Origin: Octopus bimaculoides
Taxonomy: Eukaryota
DNA length: 64,000 nucleotides
Reading direction: 5' to 3'
Assembly: GCF_001194135.2 (NCBI RefSeq)
Contig: NC_068987.1
Span: 105,132,890 to 105,196,889 of the forward strand
Positions 40,641 to 54,284 of the stretch are shown piece after piece (position 1 is the stretch's first letter; each line of letters begins with the position of its first letter). The notes beneath the pieces are model-generated. The model had not been told where the DNA came from. It did not search any database and saw nothing but the letters and a program-made list of their open reading frames with translations. A program made the position numbers and the translations under genes.

Positions 40641-42505
40641 AAAGAAATTATCGACAAGCTGTCGCTCTCTTTCTCTCTCCATCTCTCTCTCGCTCTCTTT
40701 CTCTGTCGCTTGTTTATTGTCATGAAGAAACAGCGGAGACGGGGGAGACTAAAACAAAGTATTGAAGACATGACTGTGTGTGTGTGTTGGTTTATGTCTG
40801 TCTCTGTGTGTGCGCGCTCACATTTGTTTTGCTTTCTTTATTTTTAAGATGTAATTGATTCCTTGTTCTTGTTCAAAATCAAATGACCAATTAAATAATC
40901 AACCGATCGTTAGTTTATTGCGGAATGTATTCCCGAAAGAAATTCAACGAGCTTTTTTTCCTCTATTTTCACTCCTTTCTTACAATTTGTATTTGTTGTT
41001 ATTGCCGTAAACATTGCCATTAATTTCTTCAATAAGACACACGTCTCCAGGTCGCCGTTTGATAGCAGAAATAAGACTGACGTTCCTATTTTTAAGAGCT
41101 TTAGTAACGTCAACAAACATATATTTATTACAAATTGAAACAGTGTTTACATCGATTCTTCGACGTTCGTCTATAAAAGTATTAAAATTATTTGTTTATT
41201 TGTTGATATTTTGGCTACATAACTGCTCTTTTATTGATGAATATATTGATTCAATCAAACGAGACATCAATATCACAAGTTTTTTATTTCCTCATCACTA
41301 AAAAACAAAGATTACGTTTACACTTAAGGAAATTTTAAATGTAGCCCAGTTCCAAATACTTTGAATCTGGCACTCAATGTAAGATTGTTTGGTTTTTTTT
41401 AAAATTTTTTTGTTTTCAACTTCAGAGCCAATTAAGATTAAGACAGTAATTGATTTCTTGTGTGTTATTCATTACATATACACATGAAATTTATTTTAAT
41501 TCTACAGCTCGTTTTGAACCACATAGCTCAATTATATCCTACCAACAAAATGGCAAAAGTGTTGCCATAAAGAACAGTCAGCAAAATATACTGCATCATA
41601 AGGTTCTTCCCTCAAGTTCGTTGCCTTCATCCCAATGTGATGGAGAAGAACAGCGATCCTGGACTGAAGCAGCCAGAGGCCAGCAAAAAGGAGTCTGTCC
41701 ATTAATGACTGGTATTGAGTCATTTTCTGTTCCTCTGTGTTGCAAGTGACAGCTCCCAGGTTTATAACTAACGTGATAAGGTTGGTTCTGCCGAATGCCT
41801 CACAATAAGTGGGATCTCAAATTGAGAACTTACACCCACCCACTGAATGGGTACAGAGTTATACATACTATCTAGATGCCTACTGTCGCCAATGTCAAGG
41901 CTAACAAGTTCTAGCGGTGATGGGAAACCAGCAGCTTTGAGGGACTTGCCGTTTCACATTCAATGTTATTGAAAAGGATTTTATTAATTATGCGATAGTA
42001 AAGGAAACGTCCCGTTGTAGAGACGAAAGTGCAGATGCTGTGGACGGGCATTCATGTGACGTACACGTATGCAAACTATGATACAAAACAACTTTAATGT
42101 GTATCCACTCATCACTAAGAAAGGTACCTAACAATGAATCAATGAGGAGGGTATTGTGTTGCATCAGTTCTGCTGTCTGGAGATAAACAAGACGGTGTTC
42201 GTGAGAGAATGAGTTCATTATGTTCTGATGTGTTAAAGGAAACGTTGTCAACCAGAGCACGTGAGGAAAGACGGGCTGATAATATAACAAAACATGTGAA
42301 AATGTGAAACTGGAAGATATATATATAGTGAAAGGACACTTACTGAGATATATTAATTCTGTGTTAAGTGTGTGTAACTTTATGCAATAAACATATAGTT
42401 TCATAAGTTTGTTTAGCTTGCTTTAACCATAGAGCTAAACCCATGTTGGAGCATAGAACATGTTTTTATGAATTGCTGCCCTTATATATATATATATATA
42501 TATAT

Positions 42506-42506
<1 letters not shown>

Positions 42507-42550
<44 letters not shown>

Positions 42551-43004
42551 GTTTAACGTCCGCTTTCCATGCTAGCATGGGTTGGACGATTTGACTGAGG
42601 ACTGGTGCAACTGGATGGCTACACNNNNNNNNNNNNNNNNNNNNNNNNNNNNNNNNNNNNNNNNNNNNNNNNNNNNNNNNNNNNNNNNNNNNNNNNNNNN
42701 NNNNNNNNNNNNNNNNNNNNNNNNNNNNNNNNNNNNNNNNNNNNNNNNNNNNNNNNNNNNNNNNNNNNNNNNNNNNNNNNNNNNNNNNNNNNNNNNNNNN
42801 NNNNNNNNNNNNNNNNNNNNNNNNNNNNNNNNNNNNNNNNNNNNNNNNNNNNNNNNNNNNNNNNNNNNNNNNNNNNNNNNNNNNNNNNNNNNNNNNNNNN
42901 NNNNNNNNNNNNNNNNNNNNNNNNNNNNNNNNNNNNNNNNNNNNNNNNNNNNNACCCATGCTAGCATGGAAAGCGGACGTTAAACGATGATGATGATGAT
43001 GATG

Positions 43005-43006
<2 letters not shown>
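42507..43006. mobile_element. Two RTE 3' tails in inverted orientation on either side of an N gap
   Basis: (CAT)n-cgtttaacgtccgctttccatgctagcatgggt ...N... acccatgctagcatggaaagcggacgttaaacg-(ATG)n. Confidence 0.75.
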
Positions 43007-43035
<29 letters not shown>

Positions 43036-43235
43036 TGTGTATTTCTTCTATCTTAATGAATAAAAATTCTTCTGATAGAATAAATGGGTTAATAGAAACC
43101 AATGTAGCAAAGAACACAAAATAACCGTGGTTAGCTCCTGTTTCTAAGGCAGGAACTCCTTGAAATTTTGGGTATTTGAGTATATTTAAGAATTTAAGGA
43201 TTGGAGAAAACGCATGTTATAATTGCATACTTTAT

Positions 43236-43317
43236 TCCTACATATGTTTCAAAGGATTACAACCTGTGTGATCCATAGGGATCTTTGATATTAAAATTGT
43301 AACCTTCTCATCAGGGA
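43236..43317 (-). ncRNA. Type I hammerhead ribozyme motif with extended stem II
   Basis: Minus strand: tcc-CTGATGA-gaaggttacaa...ttgtaatccttt-GAAA-C-ATAT-GTA-gga. Stem III is the palindrome ACATATGT. Confidence 0.65.
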
Positions 43318-43679
43318 CACATACACATGTGGTGGGGGTGGTATGAACAACAAGAAGACAGGAATTATGTTATCACTTTCATTAGCTTACAACTGTTTCT
43401 AACCTACAGCAGATACATCAGTTCAGCCAGTTTGAAGTTAACTATCCCTGACAGAAAAAAGTGTTCCATTTCTAATTTATCCAACATAGCTAAGCAGATG
43501 ACTAAAACCATTCCCTAACATGCCTTCACATTCTTCACACAGTTAAATCTCATAACCACAAGCTCACCAGTAGTTTACACACAGTTGTGCTGTGATAGTA
43601 TTAGTGGAGAACACTACATGGAGATACTCAACCACTTCAATCGACAAGGTAATTTTTACCTCTTACTGCAGCACCTTTA

Positions 43680-43994
43680 AGATTATGCTGTGTGTGAGAA
43701 GACCCAGCAAGCCAAGTGAGACCTAAATCCAAGGCCTCTGCCAGGAGTGTAGCCAGCCCACTTATGCGTACCTTTCCTACATTGGACACTAAACTCAGCT
43801 TGCAAAGACTTTTTGAGACAAGTGAAATCGAAACCGAACTAAATTCGATGACTGGCACCCATGCTAACATTGTCTCCTTCATTGGACACGAAACTCGGCT
43901 TGCGAAGACCTGTTGGGGCAAGCGAAAACGAAATCGTGATAGCACCTGTGCCTAGCGTCGCCTTCCTGGCACTTGTGCCGGTGGCGTGTGTAAA
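43680..43994 (+). mobile_element. RTE LINE ORF end and 3' UTR with an internal tandem duplication, truncated by a gap. A further RTE 3' UTR copy lies at 47460-47697(+)
   Basis: YAVCEKTQQAK* would continue the ...DRDL of ORF 15183 (inferred). The unit cattggacac.aaactc.gcttgc.aagac is present twice (43780 and 43880). Confidence 0.65.
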
Positions 43995-46900
43995 NNNNNN
44001 NNNNNNNNNNNNNNNNNNNNNNNNNNNNNNNNNNNNNNNNNNNNNNNNNNNNNNNNNNNNNNNNNNNNNNNNNNNNNNNNNNNNNNNNNNNNNNNNNNNN
44101 NNNNNNNNNNNNNNNNNNNNNNNNNNNNNNNNNNNNNNNNNNNNNNNNNNNNNNNNNNNNNNNNNNNNNNNNNNNNNNNNNNNNNNNNNNNNNNNNNNNN
44201 NNNNNNNNNNNNNNNNNNNNNNNNNNNNNNNNNNNNNNNNNNNNNNNNNNNNNNNNNNNNNNNNNNNNNNNNNNNNNNNNNNNNNNNNNNNNNNNNNNNN
44301 NNNNNNNNNNNNNNNNNNNNNNNNNNNNNNNNNNNNNNNNNNNNNNNNNNNNNNNNNNNNNNNNNNNNNNNNNNNNNNNNNNNNNNNNNNNNNNNNNNNN
44401 NNNNNNNNNNNNNNNNNNNNNNNNNNNNNNNNNNNNNNNNNNNNNNNNNNNNNNNNNNNNNNNNNNNNNNNNNNNNNNNNNNNNNNNNNNNNNNNNNNNN
44501 NNNNNNNNNNNNNNNNNNNNNNNNNNNNNNNNNNNNNNNNNNNNNNNNNNNNNNNNNNNNNNNNNNNNNNNNNNNNNNNNNNNNNNNNNNNNNNNNNNNN
44601 NNNNNNNNNNNNNNNNNNNNNNNNNNNNNNNNNNNNNNNNNNNNNNNNNNNNNNNNNNNNNNNNNNNNNNNNNNNNNNNNNNNNNNNNNNNNNNNNNNNN
44701 NNNNNNNNNNNNNNNNNNNNNNNNNNNNNNNNNNNNNNNNNNNNNNNNNNNNNNNNNNNNNNNNNNNNNNNNNNNNNNNNNNNNNNNNNNNNNNNNNNNN
44801 NNNNNNNNNNNNNNNNNNTGCTCATCCATATTGTATTTCATCCACCCAGGCACCACATTTAGCAATGTGTTCAATCCTACATATTCAAGCCATCACACTT
44901 CCTGAAATTCTTTAGACACCCACAATTTTTTAACAATTATCAGCTTAAACTTGAACATCAATACTACCAATCTTTCCAATTTTCAATGATCTCCAAAAGT
45001 CATGGGCCCTCTTTCTTCCTCCAAACTAAAACTTTTCAAAACCTACCATCACATCATATATCTCATCGAATTAACGACAATAATACCATTCCAGACACCA
45101 CTTACTAACTATAACAACCAGTGACAAAAAATTCCCCAATTGTCTTTCAATCACTTGCCTACTGTCATCACAACTCATTCACACATTATCACCAAAACAA
45201 GAAAATGTACACAATACTTCAGGCTACATACCTTCACTGAAATTGCAAGCAAACTTACTTATCAGCATTTTCCTAAATCAGTCACCAAAGTTTACACTAC
45301 ACAAGGTCATGGTTTATGTGTATCTCACATTTTATATTTCACTCAACAACACACAATAAGTTCTAACTTATAATCAGACATTATTGTGTATTGATGGATG
45401 AATATTTATCAATAGGTCAGATGAATGGCATTTAGAAAACAAAAAATACACAATTACAAAGCAATGCCACATGTTTATTACAAATGGTTTGTAATGAACA
45501 TGTAGCTTAACTTAGCTTCAGTTATAAGGCTCTTGATTTTTTAATTTCATATCCAGTTGGTTTCATCTTTCCCTTTTTATTCAATCCACTTAGAGCACTG
45601 AAACTGCATTCCATCAAATAAGAAAAATGGGAAGGGTAACAGCAGAGCTCTAGTCAAACGAGTTGAATTATGATAATTAGTCTTGATATCATCAGAGAAC
45701 TACATCAGAGTTACTTTTACTTTGAATTAAGTTTTAACAGACACATAGATTTATATTTCAGATAATTCCTCTTGGCATAGCATTATCATAAGTCAGTAAA
45801 TTTCAAATGCTTCACAATAGCAAGAATCATCAAATACCTCGTTTATTTAACCAATACAGCAAGCTCTTTTCTTTTTCTTTTTCTTTTTTCTTTTTCTTTT
45901 TTTTTCAGAAATATTCTTTTGATGTAACTCCAGAAATATAATGAAGAATAAATGAACAAGAATTATATTTGTCCCATGAAGTTCTATGAATTCAATAACT
46001 ATATTCAGTTTTTCAAAAATATCTCTCAAACCACTTCCAAAAGCTTTGTCAATCAACTGCAACTAGGAGTTTCATTCAAGTTTTTCCTTTTACAAATCAC
46101 TAAGAATATTAAATAGTTCCATGAATCTTTTCAGACAGTTGCCTGTTTTTCAGCCAGGTTCCATCTGTGAGAAACAACAATCTGACATTGTTAGTGTTTT
46201 TGTCCTTTCAAAACTGTTTTAAAAGATGCTTATATTCAGTATTAGCTTTGACTATGTTGATACATTTTATTACTGAATTAATATTTCATTTAGAAATGGG
46301 GAAAACATTTTAGCAACTAAATTCTGACTAATTTAGATACCAAAAATATGAATAACACACTGCACAAGCAAAATTTTATGAGTTGTTATTCATCCATAAT
46401 TTTGAACAGTTATTCTTCTTGCCCATCAGGCAGATAAATGATCTAACAAATAAGACACCCCGTTTTCTGTTAGTATTTTACTCTTGTCAGTAGTTATTGT
46501 ACACATCTATGACAGTAGTAGTGCATTCTTAGGACTTGCAAAGCATTATCAACGTCACAGTTGTCGCTATGATTACTATATCTCACTCATGCCAACAGTA
46601 GAGGCTTACTCTTTCATGTGCCACCAGTGCAATGATGAGGGGGATGATACAAAGACAGGCATAAAATGTGGGATTTACATCAAATGGAATGATTAAAAAA
46701 AGAATACATAGTATCCAGTATGAACAAAAAGTAATGAATTCAAATATATATGGTATATACAGCATAAGGAAACAAAAGAAGATGATGGTAATGCAATCCT
46801 CTTGAAACAGGACTTCTGGGGCCAATTGAGGAACACCTAACATCCAAGAGCTCCCTGAATACAAAGCGCAAGTGCCTTCTTCAATCTTTGCTCTTTAACA

Positions 46901-49774
46901 TATAGGTTTATACTTAGAATGGCACCATCCATTTTTACTGTTTTTGCCACTTTCACCCACCTTTCAATGAATAAACAAAAGGACAGCACTCTCTCTCTCC
47001 ACCTTCACTTGCCTTCTCAGGTGAAACATGAAATTCAATGAGGGCTCTACCAAAGAGGGAAGTTTTTTTTTCATATCTTTCAGCCTTATCCACACATGAC
47101 CTCTTTCACTACAGCCACCTTGCCCAGTTAAAGAAGTGCTGTGAAGTAATCATTACTAGGAACTCAGCTGATAACTGGGTCTGGCCTGATTTGACAGCAG
47201 TATTTCATGTCCCTCCTCATTTCAGGATTGCCCAGACACTGACCAAGTGCATGCAGAACAGTTTTGTTGCTTTGCACATATCTCAGGGACAAACCCATCA
47301 GATGGTACTTCCACACCTGTCGAGTTTATCTCAAACTGGTAGTACCCCTTGGTAGCACTGCCAGGCCAAGTGCTTCTAGAAATTACCCATGGTAGTTTCC
47401 AGCTTATTTTTATCAAAACCCTGAGTCTTCCTGAGAGAATATCATTACTCTTTCCTACCACTAACACAGTGTGGCCGTTGCCAGTACCACCTGACTGGCC
47501 CTCGTGCCGGTAGCACGTAAAAGTACCCACTACACTGTCGGAGTGGTTGGCTTTAGGAAGGGCATCCAGCTGTAGAAACTCTGCCAAATCAGATTGGAGC
47601 CTGGTGCAGCCATCTGGTTTCACCAGTCCTCAGTCAAATCCTCCAACCCATGCTAGCATGGAAAGCAGACATTAAACAACGATGATGATGATGATGCTAA
47701 TCAAATTCACATCAACACATTCAAGCCATTACTGAATCGGTAGTGTAGCTGGGGCAGAGAAGGGGTGCAAAGGGGCAGTCCACTCTTGGCAATGCTTTTA
47801 CGTGAGTGGCATTTCTGGCTCTGTTGTGTAAGTCTGCTTAGGTTTCGGAGCCCAGATGGAAGATAGTAAACTCAAGAGCTACCCCAGGCAGCACACACTC
47901 TAGATCAAGCTGCTGAATTAGTTTCTACTATCACTTATCAGAACACTCAACACTCTTCTCTCTTCAATGATTGCATTGTTGTATGATGCATTCCTTGCCA
48001 TATGTATTTTTCTGACTAATAACCTGTAATAAATCAACCAGATACAATAGCTATGATATAAATAATGCCTGTGAATATAATGTAGTAGATTATTGAACAC
48101 AGCCTTCAGTTCAAATGTTATTGCTACAGCCATTGTATTGTACATCTCTGCAAGGAATATAAATGTGTTTACTCCTGTCTGCTTAACTGACAAACAGCTT
48201 CTACTTTTTCATAATTCAGTGATTGACAGTAGAAGCAGCATCTATCTATCAAAATAAATATTTGTACATTATGCAAATCTACAAATATTAAGTGAACGAA
48301 GATAATAGATGTAAAACAGCAATAAAAAAATTCAGTTCACAGCTGCTCTACCTAATTCCTCTTACCAGCTGCATGGCCACCTCACTAGCACCAAGGGCGC
48401 AAAAAAATCACCCAGTACTTACTACAAAGTGGTTGGTGTTAGGAAGGGCATTCAGCCATAGAAACCATGCCAAAGCAGATAATGGAGAATGATACAGTCC
48501 TTGGACCCATCAGATCCCGTCGGGCTGCCCTACTCATACCAGCATGGAACATGGATGTGAAGTGATGATGATGATGATGACAGTGGCGGCAGCAGTGGTG
48601 GTGATAATGAAGTGAAGGACAGAACATTAATCACACCGACTTCTCCCTTCCTGGCCTAGGAGATCTGTAAATGATTAGCTGCGAATGATTATAAGCACCA
48701 CCCACTCTTTTCTGACTAATTTAAAGTATTTAAAGTTAGTTGAAAAGGATAAATAAACACTTGTAATTTTTGAGAATCACAACGTGGTAGGTTGACCTGC
48801 TAGAAATAACAGCCAAATCTGCTTCAAATCACACCTTACAATCTTAAAAAGAGGAACATGCTGGATAATTAGATAATGTTGTCCTAGGGTTCTCCGTATA
48901 TATGGAGAGTCAGGATGGTCATAGCAAGAGTGCTTTTGACTATGTGCTGCTAAATCAGAGTTGACAGCAAAACTGACTTTACGCATTGGCTGGACAATGA
49001 GTGTTCCAGTTGATTCCATCAACAGAACATCCTACTCATGAAATTAATGTGGAAGTGGCTGAGTTCACCACAAACATATGTACCCTTAATAATTCTCAAA
49101 GAGATTTGTTGTGACACACCGAATATGACAAGGCCGGGTCATTGGACTATAGATACAACTCATTTTTGCTAGCTGAGTGGACTGAACAAAAGTGAAATAA
49201 AGTGTCTTGCTCAAGAATACAATATGCCACTGGAAATTGAACTCATAACCTTACAATCATGAACCAAATACACTAATTACTAAGCCATGTGCCTTCACAC
49301 TTTTCACACTAGACACTACTTTTTGTGACTGAGCCCAACGGCTTGTAAGTGTTGACTCTGTTGTAATGAAGCTTTACAGCATTTCACATAAATGTGTCTT
49401 GTAATTCTTATCAGTTCTAAGGTCAAATCCAACAAGGCCCACTTTGCTTTCTGTCCTTCCAGATTGTGATTAAATAAAGTACCAATCAAGTACGAAGATT
49501 GATATAATCAACTATACATTCTCCTCAATCTCAGGCCTTGCACCCATATCAGAAGTAATTTTTATCACTTCTCCTCTTAAACTAATTTTCCTCAAATTAT
49601 CAAACCTATTTAGTGGCTGATTTTCGACAATATATCATACACGGAAACATTTGTATTGCTTTTTTTTTAAAATAAACATTAGTGTCTTCTCATTGCAATC
49701 AAGGAATTTCTTGCTTCTCAATCACATGGTTTCAGGTTGTGTCACTGCATGGCACCTTGAGCTGGAAATTACAG

Positions 49775-50328
49775 CCTAGAAGACGATCCGATCCGGATCT
49801 TTTCCCTTTGAATGGCAGATGGAGCAAAATCTCATCAGAACTATTGAGGAACTGGCAGAGGAGCTTGGATCTGGTCATTCAACCAGTCGTTCAGATCAGT
49901 GCTAGAAGAAAAACAGCCATCTTTGGTTTCAAGATGAAAGGTGTTCTTCCATTAGAATAATGCTCAGTCATATATAGTGAGGATGACATTCCAAAGGCTG
50001 AAGCAGTTTGAATGGGAAACAATGCCCACCCACCATATTCACCGAACATTGCCCCATTTGATTATCATTTATTCCACAGTCTTCAAAATCATTTGGATGG
50101 AAAAATATGAATTCTATAGACGAGGTCAGAACAGTGCTGGAGGATTATTTTTTTGTCACAGATAAGTGAATTTTGGAAGAGGGGCCTTGGAAGTCTACCA
50201 GATAGATGGAAGAGCATTGTAGAAAATGTAGGGTAGTATATTTTAGATTAAAAAAGAACTTTGTTTATCTTAATTTTACAAAATAAAAGAAGTATAAAAA
50301 ACCACATTATTTATGGGATGACCCAATA
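49775..50328 (+). mobile_element. Internally deleted, frameshifted mariner (Tc1/mariner) transposon
   Basis: LEDDP...TIEELAEELG (HTH region) and HPPYSPNIAPFDYHLFHSLQNHLDGK (YSPDL-type motif). The right TIR ...tttatgggatgacccaata is followed by TA. Confidence 0.9.
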
Positions 50329-52245
50329 TATGCTCTCACCAAATGTAAGGCCTTGTGCTCATGTTAGAAATAACTATTTGTCAGACAATAAATAATTGTT
50401 AAATCTCATTATTTTATGGTCCTTACTGTAAGAGTTACAAATATTTTGAAAACAGAATATGGCTCTCTGCTTAATTTTTTCAAAGTACATTGTAACAAAC
50501 ATACTTGCCAAATTTTCAAATTTTTTCCTTATGTGACATCTTTGACAATCTGCCATCATTCTGGTTATTAATATATTTTCTTATAAAGTACAGAGTAGGA
50601 ATTAATAAAGTGATTTCTACCTTGTTGTCTACATGTACTCATTTTAACTTTAAAACATGTACTCCATATTGGAAATAGATAGCAGTCTTATTTATAGATA
50701 ACTTGTTTTATGGGTGACAAAATAACATCCATTTATTAAATGCAAAATATTGTTTCAAACAATTCGTGCAAAGTCTTGATTTCTTTAACTTAACCATTTT
50801 TGCTCACTAAGAAAAGGGATATGAAATCGTATTAGGAGTGGGGAGTTAGCTCTAGATACAAAACTCCAACTGATGAATATAATATTTTTATTGTAGAATG
50901 AGTGTTTGAAGAGTAGTAGTACATCTAAAGGAAATGTGTAAATTACCGACCCTCCAGTTAAACCTTGATGCAACATGAGTTATCTCCAGACTGTCAAATT
51001 GCAGAGACAATCCCATCAACTTTATATTTCCTGCACACTCAGAACAATTACTTTTGTGTTTTAGGTTTCCCTTTGACATTTTTATTCAACATTGCCAAGT
51101 GGTTTTGACCTATTTCTTCGTGGAATAAGAAATCAGGAAGTTTAATAACTTCATAATTTATCTTCTGATTAGTTATGATAAAACATTAAAGATAAAAAAA
51201 TGGCTAAACCTAAAGCAATGTCTGTCAAAAATGCAAGCTGGATTCTTTTGAAACTTTTTTTGAAATGTTGAAAAAGATGTCCCAAGAGAATTATGAATTT
51301 CATAGAATCAATTTGTTTAATCCTCAAGATTCACTTGAGAGATAGAATGAGAGTGTCAGAAGTATTGGTCATTTGATTCCAGAATATCATGAGAGACTAT
51401 GAATGAGAATCTGAAGCATAGATCACTTTGATGATACACAATATTGTTGATTAAACCAATTTAGTTGATACCACCATTTGACATTACTTCATTCTATTCC
51501 ACTGTGCCACTCACATGGAATGAAGAGAAGGTTTGGAGTGGGTTATTGAGTCGAATTTCCAGAAATGTTACTAAAGCCAATTGTTAATAATTATCCTTTT
51601 TATTATAGGCACAAGGCCTGAAATTTTGTGGGGCAGGATAAGTCAATTACATCAAACCCCACACCCTTACACAATTGGTACTTATGTCATCGGCCTCAAA
51701 AGGATGAAAGGCAAAGTTGACTTCGGTAGAATTTGAACTCAGAACATGTTGATGCAACCAATTCAGCCAGCTCTATGTCTTTTTTTCAATTGATAACAAT
51801 AACACTTGGTCGAAAATGGTTAAATGAAATTCCTCTTTCAACACATATTCTATACATTTTGCCTCCTTTTGAGTGACATTTTGTTTATTGATTGAGGTAT
51901 AGAGTTGAAGAAACTGATTTAAAGAAGATCCTTTAGCTGAATATTCTATATAATTACCTAGCTTTTCACAGATATTCTGTTTGAAATGTGTAGAAGCTTA
52001 TCATCACTTTCCATAGTATTTTCTTCCTTAGCAATCAAAGGTTCTGTGAATGAAAGAATTTAACTCAGAATTATAAAACTAAGAAAACACTTTCCAGTCC
52101 AGTCTCCCTTCTGCTCACAGAAATCCACCATAATTGTCATAGGTATTTACAGTTAGCCAGATCAGGGCATTGCAAATGAAGTAATTTTCCTTGTAAAACA
52201 CCTAGGAGATCATAAAGTTGACCTCCAGCAGCAGGCCAACTTTAA

Positions 52246-52892
52246 CTGTTTAGCATTTAAACTGGCCATATCTGGCCCAAATATTCTATTTGTTTCACAT
52301 TCAAACCAGCCAGATCTGATCTCTCACACCTACCAAACAATGCCATTCTATAAATGCAGCGATCACATTATTAAATTCTGAAAGCTATGAGATAATGCCT
52401 AATTAATTCAAAACAGTTTGAATAAATAAGATTTACATTCGACAGAAAAATCAGAATACTAAAGGGTTAACCCATTAGCATTTAAACCAGCCAAATACTT
52501 TACCTGTTTTTCATTCAAACTGGCTTAATCTGGCCTCTCACACCTACCCTACAATGTCATTCTAAAAATAAACAATCACATCATTGAAATCTTGAAGTTA
52601 CAAGATAATACATGATTAACCCTTTAGCATTTAAACCAGCCATATCTGGCCCAAATATTGTATCTGTCTTATGTCCAAACTGGCCAGGTCTGCCTCTTAT
52701 ACCTACCCTACAATGTTATTCCAAGACTGTAAAATCACATTCTTAAATATTTGAGATAATGCATGATTGAGTGAAAATAACATAAATAAATAAGCATTGC
52801 ATTTGACAATAATCTGAATGCTAAAGGGTTAATTCAAAACCATGTGAATGAATAAGCATTATATTTGATAGATTAACCTGAATGTGAAAGGG
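52246..52892. mobile_element. Cluster of three piggyBac-type MITEs, one tandem and one nested. A degraded relative lies at ~11720-11935
   Basis: Copy A 52246-52466; copy B 52471-52892, interrupted by copy C 52620-52828. All junctions are TTAA; ends CCC(T/A)TTAG...AAAGGG (left end of A degenerate). Confidence 0.85.
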
Positions 52893-53224
52893 TTAAACAG
52901 CTCTGTATAGTATTTATATAGCAGATGCCAAACATAAAGCTTTATTGTATTTACTTACAACATTTTTTATTTTCTGAATTTAGACCCCACCAGAGTTGAC
53001 TTTGCTTTTCATACTTCCAGCTATGATAAAATATGTAATCAATCAAATGCAGGGTTCAATATAATCAATTACACCATTTTAACAAAACTTTGTGCCATAT
53101 ACCAATATTATAAATCAATTTATAAACCAACTCAGCTACTGAATTTAACAACTCTGCAATTATGTTTGAATTATGAATTACATACTCTAAAGGAATACCA
53201 CATGTTTTGCATGTTTAATCTTTC

Positions 53225-53256
<32 letters not shown>

Positions 53257-54284
53257 CTATTTGCTCAATGAGGAACCACTTATAGCCATCTATTGCTAAG
53301 GAGCTACAATACTCCTTTTGTTTTAGTCACAGTTCAAGTCAGAGTTTTAAACCATCACGCTCAGGTTCTCCAACTGAGCTCTACTGCTAACCATACTGCC
53401 AAAAATGGCAAAGTAGTCATAGATAGTTGTGTCACCATAATAGGCATTACCACCCACGTGAACATTGCTCAACCAAATTGATCTTTTGCTGGGTAATTAA
53501 GTGAGCTGAAATCTTCCTGCCAAATAATCTGGTTGAACTTTCTAGAAAAACTCAATTGGATTACAAAAAGCTGATAAAAATTGAACCCCAAACAGAGCCA
53601 ATTAGAAGTCCACATGGAGTGATGACACTCTGTCTCTCTGCTCTGTGAGGTGTTTTCTCATCTTTACTGTTTCCTTAGAGAATGGTTTCTGGCATTGCAC
53701 AGAACTATGTCACTCAACATGATAGGTGTTCTCACTTTTGCTACTTGTGGTGTTTAGAGTAGCCTGAGGAGCAACTTGAAGCTATGTCAGTCAGTTTTGT
53801 GATAAGGCATTCTCATTTTTAACTACTTAATTTATTTCCAACAATTATGAACTTTGTATTAAATATTTTGCATATCATTCAGTGAAAACTTCTACTGTTC
53901 CATTTAATACTTCTTTAATGCTGTTCCATTTATTCAGTTATTGCATATATGGAAATGCAAATGTTCAGGGTTAATAAAAATATATGAAAGCTTGTACCAA
54001 TATTAGTGTGGGCATTATGAACACAACATACAACCTGCAAGATGCTGTTATTGATAAATAATTATTTCACAACTCTTATACCACACTAAAGTCATTTATA
54101 ATCTTCCATAAAGACATATCTGTCTAATGTGCTATTCACCTCAAAATACTGGGGGGAAATATTAGGTTAATTGGAAATAGGTCAGTATTGACAGCAGGAA
54201 GAGAATTTCCTTGTAAAAAATTTGGCTCTACGAATTTTGTCTGACCCATACAGACCATGAAAAGTAGACATTAAAATGATAAGG

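Noticed and set aside
46610-46854. Hydrophobic minus-strand frame bounded by ttcag| and |gtaagc
   Set aside because: T-rich DNA yields hydrophobic frames by chance, no family is recognised, and there is no supporting neighbouring exon.
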